Of a stretch of 64,000 bases of DNA, positions 23,886 through 34,500 are shown in pieces. The first letter of the stretch is position 1. Each line of letters starts with the position of its first letter. This stretch comes from Mobula hypostoma (Eukaryota). The stretch spans positions 78,804,001 to 78,868,000 of the forward strand of contig NC_086097.1 of assembly GCF_963921235.1 (NCBI RefSeq), in the 5' to 3' direction. The notes under the pieces were generated by a model. It had not been told where the DNA came from, did no database searches, and worked only from the letters and a program-made list of their open reading frames with translations. The translations under genes were made by a program, and so were the position numbers.

Positions 23886-26859
23886 AGACTTCCGGTAGCG
23901 CTCATGGAGTGAAGTCGCGTTCTTGACTCGCTCCATTACCTCTGAGTTTTTTTTCTCTATGGTCAGCTATACTTTAATTAACCATTAAGGCATCAACTCT
24001 TACAATACTTTGAATTAAACTGAATTCTCCGACAACTGGATGGAACTTAGATCTGCTATGTCTAAGAACGAGAAAGACGGCAAGGATGGTAAACCTCCGG
24101 TTAAACCGAAAGCTACGGATCTCCCTCCGACTGAATCACCGGTGACTTTGAAAGCGATATCGGAGTTAATTCAGAGGGAAATCTCAACCTCTGTTAGGGA
24201 GATGATTCGTGCGGAAATTGCAGGCCCTGTTAAAGACCTGATTCATACGGAAATCTCAACTAATTTCCAGAAAATTGCCGCTTTAATTGATAAGATGCAA
24301 ACATGTATTGCGGAACATCAGTCGGCTATATCTGATCTTCAAAAATTCGCGCAACAAAGTGAGCTTAAGATGGGGAAAATCGAAGAAACAATTAATGTAA
24401 TGAAGAAGAAACTTGACTTTTTGACTTTTAAAAACTCTGACTTGGAATCTAGAATGCGACGGCAGAATTTACGAATGATTGGCGTGAGGGAAGCCGCTGA
24501 AGGTAACAACCCCATGAAATATTTCTCCCAACTTTTAAAAGATGCATTCCCTACTGTATTTCCTGACCAACCACCGCTACTGGATCGTGTTCACAGAACC
24601 CCATCATACTCGTCTAGGTCAGATAGACCTCGGCATGTTATCTTACGTTTTCATTACTTTCAAGACAAGGAGAGACTGTTTCGATTCGCTCGATCTAAAG
24701 GTTTCATTGATTTTTCGGATCTTAAGTTCCGATTCGTGGAAGATTTCAGTAAACCAATCTGGGACCAACGGGTCCGTTACAGATCCGTGATGTCGGAATT
24801 CTATAAGATGGATTTAAGACCAGCGCTGCTGTACCCTGCACGTCTAAGGATTCGCATGGCAGATGGAGCCCTTCGTTTTTTTGATTCTCCATCGGATGCC
24901 CAGAGTTATCTGGATCAACTTTCATCTCCAACATCTTAATTGCTTTCTTTTTAATTTTCTCCGTCGATCGGAGGCTGTGAATTGGTTGGTTTTAACTTTT
25001 CTGTGCCCTATTTGGGCAGAAAAGTTTACTTTCGATTTCTTAATATGGCTACTAAACTTTCTTTTTAACTGCGTCATTTCTTTCTTTTCCCAGGGGATTC
25101 TGGGTGGTTACTTCCCTTTTGTCATCTTACGTATTTCCTGTGCGGCCTTAAATTTTGTAGTTTTTGTTTAAATTTTATTTTGTTTTGCTTTTTATAATCA
25201 CTTTATGTTAATAATCCTATTTTTTTTTTTGTTGCTGTGTCTATTCATGAGTTTGAGGTTTATTGTGGTTTTTTTAAATATATATTTTCCGGCTTTTGAT
25301 CTGTTCTGTGTGTATTCTAATTGAGTTAACTTTTTTTTACTTATTTTTTTACTGTTTTACAATTAGCTGATCCTTTTCATATTTATACCTTTTTTTTAGG
25401 GAGCGTATACCGGAAGTCATGGGGGTAGTTTTAGCGCTTGCTTCTTTCTGGCGGGTCTGCTTTAGATTTTGCCTTGGGGTCTTGGGCTGGGGGGTGGCGG
25501 GAGGGGCTTCACGTTTTAGTTTGTTTTTCTTTGGGCTATATACATTATTGAAGTACTGGTTGCGTCCTTTTCCCCGGTATCTTTTGTATGTTCTGTTTCC
25601 TCTCCGGGTTTGTGGGTCGCGCCTATTGTCAATCCTCCTCGTCGTGGGTTGACTTTAGGATTTATGGAGTCTATTATTAATTTTGTCTCCTGGAATACTA
25701 ATGGTCTTAATCATCCTATTAAAAGAAAAAAAGTTTTTAAAGTGTTCCGGAGACTTAAAGCACAAATTTTATTTTTACAAGAGACCCATGTACGGAGGGG
25801 GGACAGACTACGTTTTTTCAAATTCTGGAAGGGACAACAATTTCATTCGAACTCCAATGCTAAGATTCGAGGCGTCTCTATTTTTATAGATTCCTCAGTT
25901 ACTTTTATACAACAGGATATTATCTCTGATCCGAATGGTAGATTTTTATTGGTTAGTGGTTTACTATTTAATAAAAAAGTAGTTTTGGTTAATGTTTATG
26001 CTCCTAATATGGATTGTCCGGAATTTTATAAATCATTGTTTGATCAGTTTCCGAATTTGAACGAGTTTTCATTGATTTGGGGCGGAGATCTTAATACCTG
26101 TTTATCTCCAGCTTTGGACCGTTCGGCTCCTTTACGGACTTTACCTAATAAATCTGCAAATTTGATTAATTTTTTCCTTTCTGATTCTGGGTCGACGGAT
26201 ATTTGGCGTTTTCTGCATCCTCAGGAAAAAGATTTTTCCTTTTTTTCACATGTTCATCATTCCTATTCAAGAATTGATTATTTTTTTATTGATTCTCGTC
26301 TCATTCCTTCAGTGATTAAATGTGATTATGATTCTATAACCATTTCGGATCATGCTCCACTTAAGCTTTCTATTAAAATTATGGCCAATATACCAAACAA
26401 TAGACAATGGCGTTTTAATTCGCTGTTGCTTCAGGACTCGGACTTTGTTAATTTTATGAATGAACAGATTGAGCTTTTTTTTATAATTAACCATACAGAA
26501 GATATTTCGGTTAACACTCTTTGGGACACTTTTAAAGCCTATATTCAGGGTCAGATTATTTCGTATTCCGTTGCTTTGAGGAAGAAACAGAAGCAGGAGG
26601 AGATGGCAATTGTGGACAAGATTAAAGAAATTGATAAGAAATATGTTATGGCTCCTTCTGAGGAGCTATACAAACAAAGAACTGAACTTCAAATGGAACA
26701 CAGTTTACTACTCTCGTCCTCGATTGTAAACCAATTAAAGAAAACAAGAAGTGATTTTTATGTTCACAGTGATAAAATTGGCAAGCTGCTGGCTAATCAA
26801 TTGAAATCTAATTATGTTAAATCTCAAATCAATCAGATTTATAACCAAAATGATCGATT
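23886..26859 (+). mobile_element. L1-clade LINE, 5'-complete, 3'-truncated in ORF2, 15-bp TSD
   Basis: Starts AGACTTCCGG; intact ORF1, T-rich spacer, intact endonuclease; ggtagtgggagcttg at both 23871-23885 and 26860-26874. Confidence 0.95.
24040..24939 (+). CDS. L1 ORF1p (coiled coil + RRM + CTD), 299 aa, uninterrupted
   Basis: DLESRMRRQNLRMIGVRE, LDRVHR, RPRHVILRF, LLYPARLRI motifs. Confidence 0.92.
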   Translation: MELRSAMSKNEKDGKDGKPPVKPKATDLPPTESPVTLKAISELIQREISTSVREMIRAEIAGPVKDLIHTEISTNFQKIAALIDKMQTCIAEHQSAISDLQKFAQQSELKMGKIEETINVMKKKLDFLTFKNSDLESRMRRQNLRMIGVREAAEGNNPMKYFSQLLKDAFPTVFPDQPPLLDRVHRTPSYSSRSDRPRHVILRFHYFQDKERLFRFARSKGFIDFSDLKFRFVEDFSKPIWDQRVRYRSVMSEFYKMDLRPALLYPARLRIRMADGALRFFDSPSDAQSYLDQLSSPTS

Positions 26860-26899
26860 GGTAGTGGGAGCTTGTCCCCATTACCACTCCCATCTATAA
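25664..26899 (+). CDS. L1 ORF2 N-terminal part: intact APE endonuclease, no RT; reads through the TSD to a stop in the flank
   Basis: VSWNTNGL, LQETH, NVYAPN, GGDLN, YSRIDYFF, SDHAP, WRFN motifs; likely ATG at 25664. Confidence 0.88.
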   Translation: MESIINFVSWNTNGLNHPIKRKKVFKVFRRLKAQILFLQETHVRRGDRLRFFKFWKGQQFHSNSNAKIRGVSIFIDSSVTFIQQDIISDPNGRFLLVSGLLFNKKVVLVNVYAPNMDCPEFYKSLFDQFPNLNEFSLIWGGDLNTCLSPALDRSAPLRTLPNKSANLINFFLSDSGSTDIWRFLHPQEKDFSFFSHVHHSYSRIDYFFIDSRLIPSVIKCDYDSITISDHAPLKLSIKIMANIPNNRQWRFNSLLLQDSDFVNFMNEQIELFFIINHTEDISVNTLWDTFKAYIQGQIISYSVALRKKQKQEEMAIVDKIKEIDKKYVMAPSEELYKQRTELQMEHSLLLSSSIVNQLKKTRSDFYVHSDKIGKLLANQLKSNYVKSQINQIYNQNDRLVVGACPHYHSHL

Positions 26900-27166
26900 C
26901 AACCTTAAGGAACCATATCAAGGTAGTGTTAAATGACTTCGCCACACCCAAGTTTTACAAAGCCCATCCAATTTCTAATGTCATTTATGATAAAGTAGCC
27001 AGTGAGCTAGGTCACATGGATGCTGAAGGAATTCTTTCCAAGGTTGAGTAGAACCCATGCCAGTTTAATTGTCATTTGACCATTCATGAATACAGCCAAA
27101 CGAAACAGCATTACTCCAGGGCCAAAGTGAAACACACAATACCAACAGTCACACACAGCACAAAGC

Positions 27167-28522
27167 CAGTTGAAAGAAAAAGTTTGTGAACCCTTTTCAA
27201 TTAGACTTGATTGAACTTGCATATTGGCACGGAGGAATTTTAGACCATTCCTCTATATAAAACCATTTCACAGTTCATCAATATTTCTGGGATACCCTAC
27301 ATGAACAATCCTCTTCAGGTCAAGCATCTCTGTTGGGTTAAGGTCTGGACTCTGATCTGGCCATTCCAAAAGATTAATTTTCTTCTTTTTAAACCATTCC
27401 GTTGTTGATTTACTCTTGTGTTTTGGATCATTGACTTGTTGCGTCATTCAACTTCTATCAAACTTTCAGGTGATGAAACATTACCCTGACATTCCCCTGG
27501 AAGATGTCTTGATACATTTTTGAATTAATTGTTCCCTCAATGATTGTAAGCTGCCCAGGCCCTGCGGCACTGGAACAGTTCCAAACCATGATGCTCCGCC
27601 CACCATGCTTCACAGTTGGGATGAGGTTTTGGTGTTGGTGTGCAGCGGCCTTTACCCTTCAAACATAACAGTGTGCATTTCTGCCAAAAAGCTCAACTTT
27701 TGTTTCATCTGTTCACGGAACATTGCCCCAGGAGCATTGTGAAACATCCAGTTGGCCTTTTACAAACTTGAGACATGCAGCAATGTTTTTTTTTCTGGAG
27801 AGCAGTGGTTTCCTCCACGGTGTCCTGCCATGAGCACCATTGTTGTTCACTGTTTTTCTTATAGTTGTCACATGAACAGAGACTTCAGCAAGTTCTAGAG
27901 ATTTCTGCAGGTCTTTTGCTGTTACCCTTGGGTTCTTTTTCACCTCCTTCAGCATTGCACATTTTGGTCTTGGTGTGAAATAGGCAGGATGTCCGCTCCT
28001 GGGAACAATGGCAAGAGTACTGAGTTCCCTCCAATCTCTCTCACTGTGGATTAATGAACATTCAAGTCTTTAGAAATGCTTTTGTAGCCTTTCCCAGCTT
28101 CATACATCTCTACAATTCTTCTTCCTAGGTCCTCTGAAAGTTGTTTTGACTGAGGCATGGTGCACATAAACAGATCTTTCTTGAAAAGGACTGGCTCTGT
28201 CAGTAACCTGACTTTGTGTGTCCTTTTTGTAGGGCAGGACACCTCTGCAAGCCACACCTCCAATCTCATCTCATTGATTGGAACACCCGACTCCAAGTAG
28301 CTTTACCCCAGAGGTTCACATACCTTTTTGAACCCAGACTGTGATGGCTTAAATGGTGTACTCAGTATTGACAAGAAGAAGTATAATTGTTTTTGTATTA
28401 TTAGTTTAGATAAATTGTGTTAGTCCAATATTGTGATTTAGATGATTAGATCACATTTTATGAATAATTAATGCAGAGAACCAGTTGATTGCAAAGTGAT
28501 CACAAACTTTTTCCTGCATCTG
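27167..28522 (-). mobile_element. Tc1-family DNA transposon with pseudogenised transposase
   Basis: Ends CAGTTGAAAGAAAAAGTTTGTGAACCC / revcomp CAGATGCAGGAAAAAGTTTGTGATCAC; ATG at 28158 (MPQSKQLSEDL...GKGYKSISK); KNPRVTAKDL; WPDQSPDLNP motif near 27335-27365. Confidence 0.9.
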
Positions 28523-28543
28523 CACATATATCATGTATAAGAC

Positions 28544-29034
28544 TGTTGGGGCACTGAAGCAGGGACCCAATCGCAGACCAAGTACTGTGCATACTGTGAT
28601 ATTTACTGAGTAGCAAATCCAGAGGGGCAACAAAGTCGGCATCAAAGTTCAGGCTGAGATCAAAAATTCCAGAGAAATCCAAAAACCAGAATCAGGAAAC
28701 AGGCAGAGTCGATATTCAGGCAGAGAGAGTACAGATACAAATGCTGGAAAGGCTCAGGAAAACTCACTAGCACAATCTGGCAACAAACAGGTGAAAGCAC
28801 AGGACTAAAATACACTGAGCAATAAACAGAGAGGCAGATGATAGGTGGAGCACAATACGACAGAAGAGGCAGCAAAACAGGTGAGAGGCGGAGTACTCAG
28901 TAATACAGGGGCCAGAGTAGAGCCGGAGCACATGGGGTGTGAAAACAAACAAGAGTACATGGCAATACAAACCCAGAGACTGACGGCTAGGGGAAAACAC
29001 ACATAAAGATAAAGTTCAACTGGAGGTACTGACA
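28544..29034 (-). mobile_element. Solo LTR (491 bp) with 5-bp TSD
   Basis: TGT...ACA termini; AAGAC at 28539-28543 and 29035-29039; orientation inferred from an LTR-like 3' motif. Confidence 0.85.
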
Positions 29035-29654
29035 AAGACAGCAATCACATACAAGATATCAGATATACAGTCAGACAAAAAAATATAGTCCAAAACCCTG
29101 AGTCCATGAATATTGCAGAAATCCGCAGTCAAACACAATGGAGATTGTCTTCTGTCAAGATACCAGGGAGTAGCCCAAACTCCAGCTTGGATGGTGCACC
29201 ACCCCGCCTCCAGCATAGCGCAATGACTCTGATGCTTCTTTTCCTGGGTGTCTGTAAAATGGGTGGCACCACAGCTTGAGACCTAGTCCTTGCTATGAAC
29301 GAGGCCATGCATTTCCCCTGCTGTCCACCCCTGCCGTCCACCAATAAATTAGTTATCCGGACTTGCAGCATTCCACATAAACAATGGCCAACAGGGTCTT
29401 GCAATCACAAGAAAAGTGATTAAGATCACCACTCACCATTAGACTCCACACCTCTTTCATGCACTGATGCCTCCAATGCCTCCCTGGCGCACGCAGCAGC
29501 ACAATCTGCACCAAGTCCAGCTCCTTCAGTTCCTTCGCCAATGAGCAACTCACTGAGGGGGTAGACCAGCAGTACTTTAAGTCTAGAAGGGTTTTGCGAT
29601 CCTAAAAAAATACATTTAAAAAGGACAATAACTCCTTTGGTAGACCCCATAGAA

Positions 29655-30990
29655 ACCATTGCAATTGAACGTGCCACTGTCTTACCAGAAGGTAGCCAAG
29701 AAGAATGGGTCTGTCAAGATCTATGGTGATTTTAAGGACACCATGAACACAGTGATGAAAGTAGGCCAATACCCTCTACCCAGAATAGAGAACATCTTTG
29801 CAGACCTTTCGGTAGGGAAAGTGAACTTTGCTGGGGCCTAACTACAGATGGAGATGAAAGAAGAGTCCGAAGTGTTGCTCACCATAAATGATCACAAAGG
29901 ATATTATTGTTATAACAGGCTTATTTTTGGAGCAGCGTCTGCATCTGCACTCTGGCAAAGAGCTATAGACCAGGTGCTGCATAGCTGCTCAGGAACACAG
30001 TGCTACTTGCATGATATCATTGTTACCTGTGAATATGATAAGGAACATCTCCAAAACCTCAAGACAGTGTTAAAACGATGAGAAGATTAAGGGCTCAGAG
30101 CACAGTGCAGCAAGTGTGAATTCTTTAAATCAGGCATTACTTACTGTGTCACAACACTGAAGCTCAAGTATTAAGTGAGCTGAGAAAATTCAAGCAGTGG
30201 CGGATACCTCAAGGCCAAAGCACATGTCACGGCTGTGGGCCATTTTAGGATTTGTCAATTACTATAACAGGTTCCTGCCAAACCTGGCGACTGTCCTCCA
30301 CTCCTTGAACTCATTACTACGGATCAGGAAGAAATGGCAATGGACATAGCAGTGTGAGTTGGCTTTCCAAAAGGCAAAGGAAATGGTAATGTCAGACACT
30401 GTACTCACACATTACGATCTACATTGTCCAGTGAACCTTGCCTGTGATGCCTCAGTCTGGTTTGTGGTGTAAAACTTTTCAACCAGTATTTGTATGGGAG
30501 ACAGTTTACCCTCATTGCTGATCATCAGCCACTAGCGTCCATTTTCAACCTACAGAGGGCTGTTCCACTAACAGCAGCAGCACAAAGGCAGAAATGGGCT
30601 CTGTTTCTCGAAGGACACAATAACGAGAGATAAACTAATCATTGAAATGCTGACGGATTGTTCTGATTACCTTTGGAAAAGGAAATACCCGTACAATTTA
30701 CAAAAGAGGATACTTCTCTTGATGTATTCTTCCTAATGCAAAATGAAAGTCTCTTTTTTTGGCAGAGATGATCCTAAGGAAATCCAGAAAAGCTGCAGGT
30801 CTACATGGCAACCCAAAATGGCTAGAATGTACAGCAGAAATGCAAGTTCCCCTAATTTACCAGCACTGGCAAGAACTTGCCCTTGACAGGGGTTGCCTTA
30901 CATGGGGATTGAGAGCTGTTGTACCAACTAAGCTGAGAGCTAAAGAGTTGAAGGAGCTACATGCTTGTCATCTAGGCGTGGTTAAAATGA
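29655..30990 (+). mobile_element. pol: Ty3/Gypsy pol remnant (RT, RNase H, start of integrase)
   Basis: KKNGSVKIYGDFK, YPLPRIE, YNRLIFGAASA, YLHDIIV, LACDAS, DHQPL, LKELHACHLGVVKMK; many stops and deletions. Confidence 0.88.
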
Positions 30991-30994
30991 AAAA

Positions 30995-33300
30995 GAGAAG
31001 ATCTGCAGATGCTGAAAATCCAAAGCAAAATGCTGGAGGAACTGAGTAGGCCAGGCAGCATCTATGGAAAAGAGTAAACAGTCGACGACTCAGGCCAAGA
31101 CCCTTCATCAGGACTAGGGAAAAAATGAGGCGAGCAACAAGGCTGGGGGAGGGGAGAAAGATGTACAAGGTGGCGGCTGATAGGTGAAGCCGGGAGAGAG
31201 GGAGGAGTGAAGTAAAGAGCTGGGAAGCTGTTAAGTGAATCTGATAGGAGAGGGTAGAAGACCATGGAAGAAAGGGAAGGGGAAGGTAGGAGATGGGCAG
31301 ATGAGGAGATAAGGTGAGAGAGAAAAACGCCAATGAAAATGGTGAAGGGGAAGGGGAATTACCAGAAGTTTGGGAAATCGATGTTCATGCCATCAGGTTG
31401 GAGGCTACCCAAACTGAATATAAGGCGCTGTTCCTCCAATCTGAGTGTGGCCTCATCGCGGCAGTAGGGGAGGCCATGGACTGACATGTCAGAATGGGAA
31501 TAGGAGGTAGAATTGAAATGACCACCGAGAGATCCCACTTTTTCTGGCAGACGGAGAGTAGATGCTCGGCAAAGTAGTCTCCCAGTCTACGATAGGTCTC
31601 ATCAATCTACAGGAGGCCACAACAGGAGTACCGGATACAATCGATGACACCAACAGACTCACAGATGAAGTGTCATCACCTCAACTGGAAGGACCGGTTG
31701 GGGCCATGAATGGTAGTGAAGGAGGAGGTGTAGGGGCAGGCATGGCAATTGTTCAGCTTGCAAGGATAAGTGGCAGGAGGGAGATCAGTGGGGAGGGATG
31801 AATGGACAAGGGAGCTATGAAGGGAGTAGAATCTCTGTGGAAAGCAGAAGGTGGGGGATGGGCGGGGGAAGATGTATTTGGTGGTGGGATCCTATTGCAG
31901 AGGGCAGAAGTTACAGAGAATTATGTGCCGGACATGGAGGCAGATGGGGTGGTAGGTGAGGACAAGACGAACCCTATCCCTGGTGGAGTGGCAGGAGGAT
32001 GGGATGAGGGCAGACGTGTGAAATGGAAGAGATGTGAGTGAGGGCAACGTTGACGGTGGAGGAAGGAAAACCCCCTCCTTTGAAGAAAGGGGACATCTCA
32101 TTAGTTCTAGAATGGAAAGGTTGATCCTAAGAGCAGATGCAGTGAAGATGGAGGAATGAGAGAAGGGGATGGCATTTTTACAAATAACAGAGTGGGAAGA
32201 AGTATAGTCGAGAGAGCTGTAAGAATGAGTGGATTTATAAAAGAGATCAGTAGATAAACTGTCTCCAGAGACAGAAACAGAGAGATCGAGAAAGGGGAGG
32301 GAGGTGTCAGAAAAAGACCAGGTAAATTTGAGGGCAGGGTGGAAGTTGGAGGCAAAGTTGATGAAGTTAATGAGCTCAGCATGGGTGTAGAAAGCAGACT
32401 CAATGCGGTCATTGATGTAGCACAGGAAAAGCTGGGGAGTGATACTGGTGTAGTCTTAGAACATGGACTAAGACTACACCAGTATCACTCCCCAGGTATC
32501 TAGGAAGAAGCAGAGAGCTTTAAGACCCTCCTGATGGGCGTCCGTGATGAAAATGAGATGATCGAGGCCAGGGAACCTGAAGTCATTGTAGAAATCGAGA
32601 GTCCGTGAAGTGGGATATAGGTAGGAAGGGACTGACCAGGGTGGGGGGGGGGGGTGGGGGGAGGTATGCAGATACAAATCGGTGGGGCAAGAACAAGCAG
32701 AAATAATGGGTCCACCTGAACAGGCAGGTTTATGGATCTTGGGTAGGAGGTAGAAACAGGAAGTGTGAGGCAAGGGAACTATGAGGTTGCTAGCAGTGGA
32801 TGGGAGATCCCCAAAGTTAATAAGTGATGGTTCAGGTAACAATGGCCTGGTGAACCTTAGTGGGGTCATGTTCAAGGGATAATTAAGAGGAGGTGTCTGA
32901 GAGTTGTCAATTGGCCTCAGCAAGGTAGACGTCAGTCCACCAGATGACTGCAGCACCCCACTTATCTGCGAGTTCGATGGTGAGTTCAGAATTAGTGTGG
33001 AGAGAGTGGAGAGCTGAGCATTCGGAAAGAGTGAGATTAGAATTGGAGAGCAGAGTGGTAAAGTTGAGCTGGTTATGTCTCATTGGCAGTTAGCAGTGAA
33101 AAGATCCAGAGCAGGCAGAAGATCAGAGCAGAGTAATCTGAAATGAAAGTGCTTACTCAAAGCTTTGTCTGGTGGTCTGGGATAGATCAGCAGATCAAGC
33201 ATCTTGCCGTGCACTGTTTGGGATGCTAATTCATCCAGAAGATGCCAAGAGCAGTGCCTCTCCATCCCTGGGAATGGCCTCCTAAGAGTTCTTTCAATAG
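30995..33300 (-). mobile_element. Penelope-like element (RT, GIY-YIG, pLTR), degenerate
   Basis: FYLLPKIHKP...PIISACSCPT (32474..32956); RVRLVLTYHP; GIY-YIG region 31370-31700; hammerhead with mutated GAAA at 31080-31115. Confidence 0.9.
32432..32495. repeat. Perfect inverted repeat, 28-bp arms, 8-nt loop
   Basis: 32432-32459 is the exact reverse complement of 32468-32495. Confidence 0.95.
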
Positions 33301-34500
33301 TCAAAGAAAACTACAGCACAGAATCAGGCACATCTAGTCTGTACTGAACCATCTTAACTCCCTAATCAAATCATTACACAACACCCAATCCAGAATTGCC
33401 TTTTCTGTAGTGGCCTCAAACACAAGCTGCTCTAAAAAACCATCTCATAGGGATTCTACATATTCCTTCATTTGGGGTACAGCACCAACCTGATTTTTTT
33501 CAGTCTGTGTATTCAACTCCCCCAAGATCATCATAACATTGCCCTATTTACATGCCTTTTCTCCCATTGTAATTTGTACCCCATACTCTGGCTACTGTTC
33601 GGAGGCCTGTATATAAATCCCCTCAGTTTCTTTACCCATAAGGATTCTGCATCTTCCAATCCTTCTTTTGAAGGATTTGATTTCATTTTTTCCAACAGAG
33701 CCATCCCACCCTTCTGACCGCTTGCCTGCGCTTCCTATGTATCCATAGGAAGCAGTGAAAATAATATGATAGATGTCACCCTGCTAGGAGTTTAAGTCAG
33801 ATGTTTCAGCATTACAGTGGAGTAAAGGGAATTACAGAGGCCTGAGAGAGGAGCTGGCCATAGCTGATTCAAAAGAGTCACTGGGAAGGGATGAAAGCAG
33901 ATCAACATTGACTGGAGTTTCCTAGATCAATGCGGAAGTCAAAGGGTAGTTCTTCCAAAAAAAGAAGTCTTCCGAAGTCTTCCACCGTGGCTGAAAAGGC
34001 AAGTGAAAGACAGCATAAAAGCTGTATAAATATCACAAAAAAAAGTGGGAAGCTAGAGGATTGGGAAGCTTTTAAAAACCAACATCAGGCAATTAAGAAG
34101 CAATGAGAAAAGATGAAATATGAAGGTAAGCTAGCCAATAATGTAAAAGGGAATACTAAAAGATTTTACTGATATATATATATATATATAAAGAATAAAA
34201 GAGAGTCGAACGTGGATATCGGATTACTGGAAAATGATACTGGAGAGGTAGCAACTGGGGACAAAGAAATGGCAGACAGACTCATTAAGTAATTTGTGTC
34301 AGTCTTCACTGTGGAAGACACCAGCAATATGCTACAAATTGGAAAGTGCAGGGAACAGATGTAAAAGTATTCACTAATATTAAGGAGAATGTGCTTGGGA
34401 ACTGAAATGTCTGAAGTTAGGTAAGTCACCTGAACCACATGGATTAGACTTCCAGAGTACAAAGGAGGTAGAGGAAGAGATTGTGGAGACATTATAGTCA
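33300..34500. mobile_element. CR1 fragments (minus about 33300-33740, plus about 33750-34500)
   Basis: Similar to other CR1 copies in the window, e.g. gtcttcactgtggaagac (SVFTVED). Confidence 0.65.
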
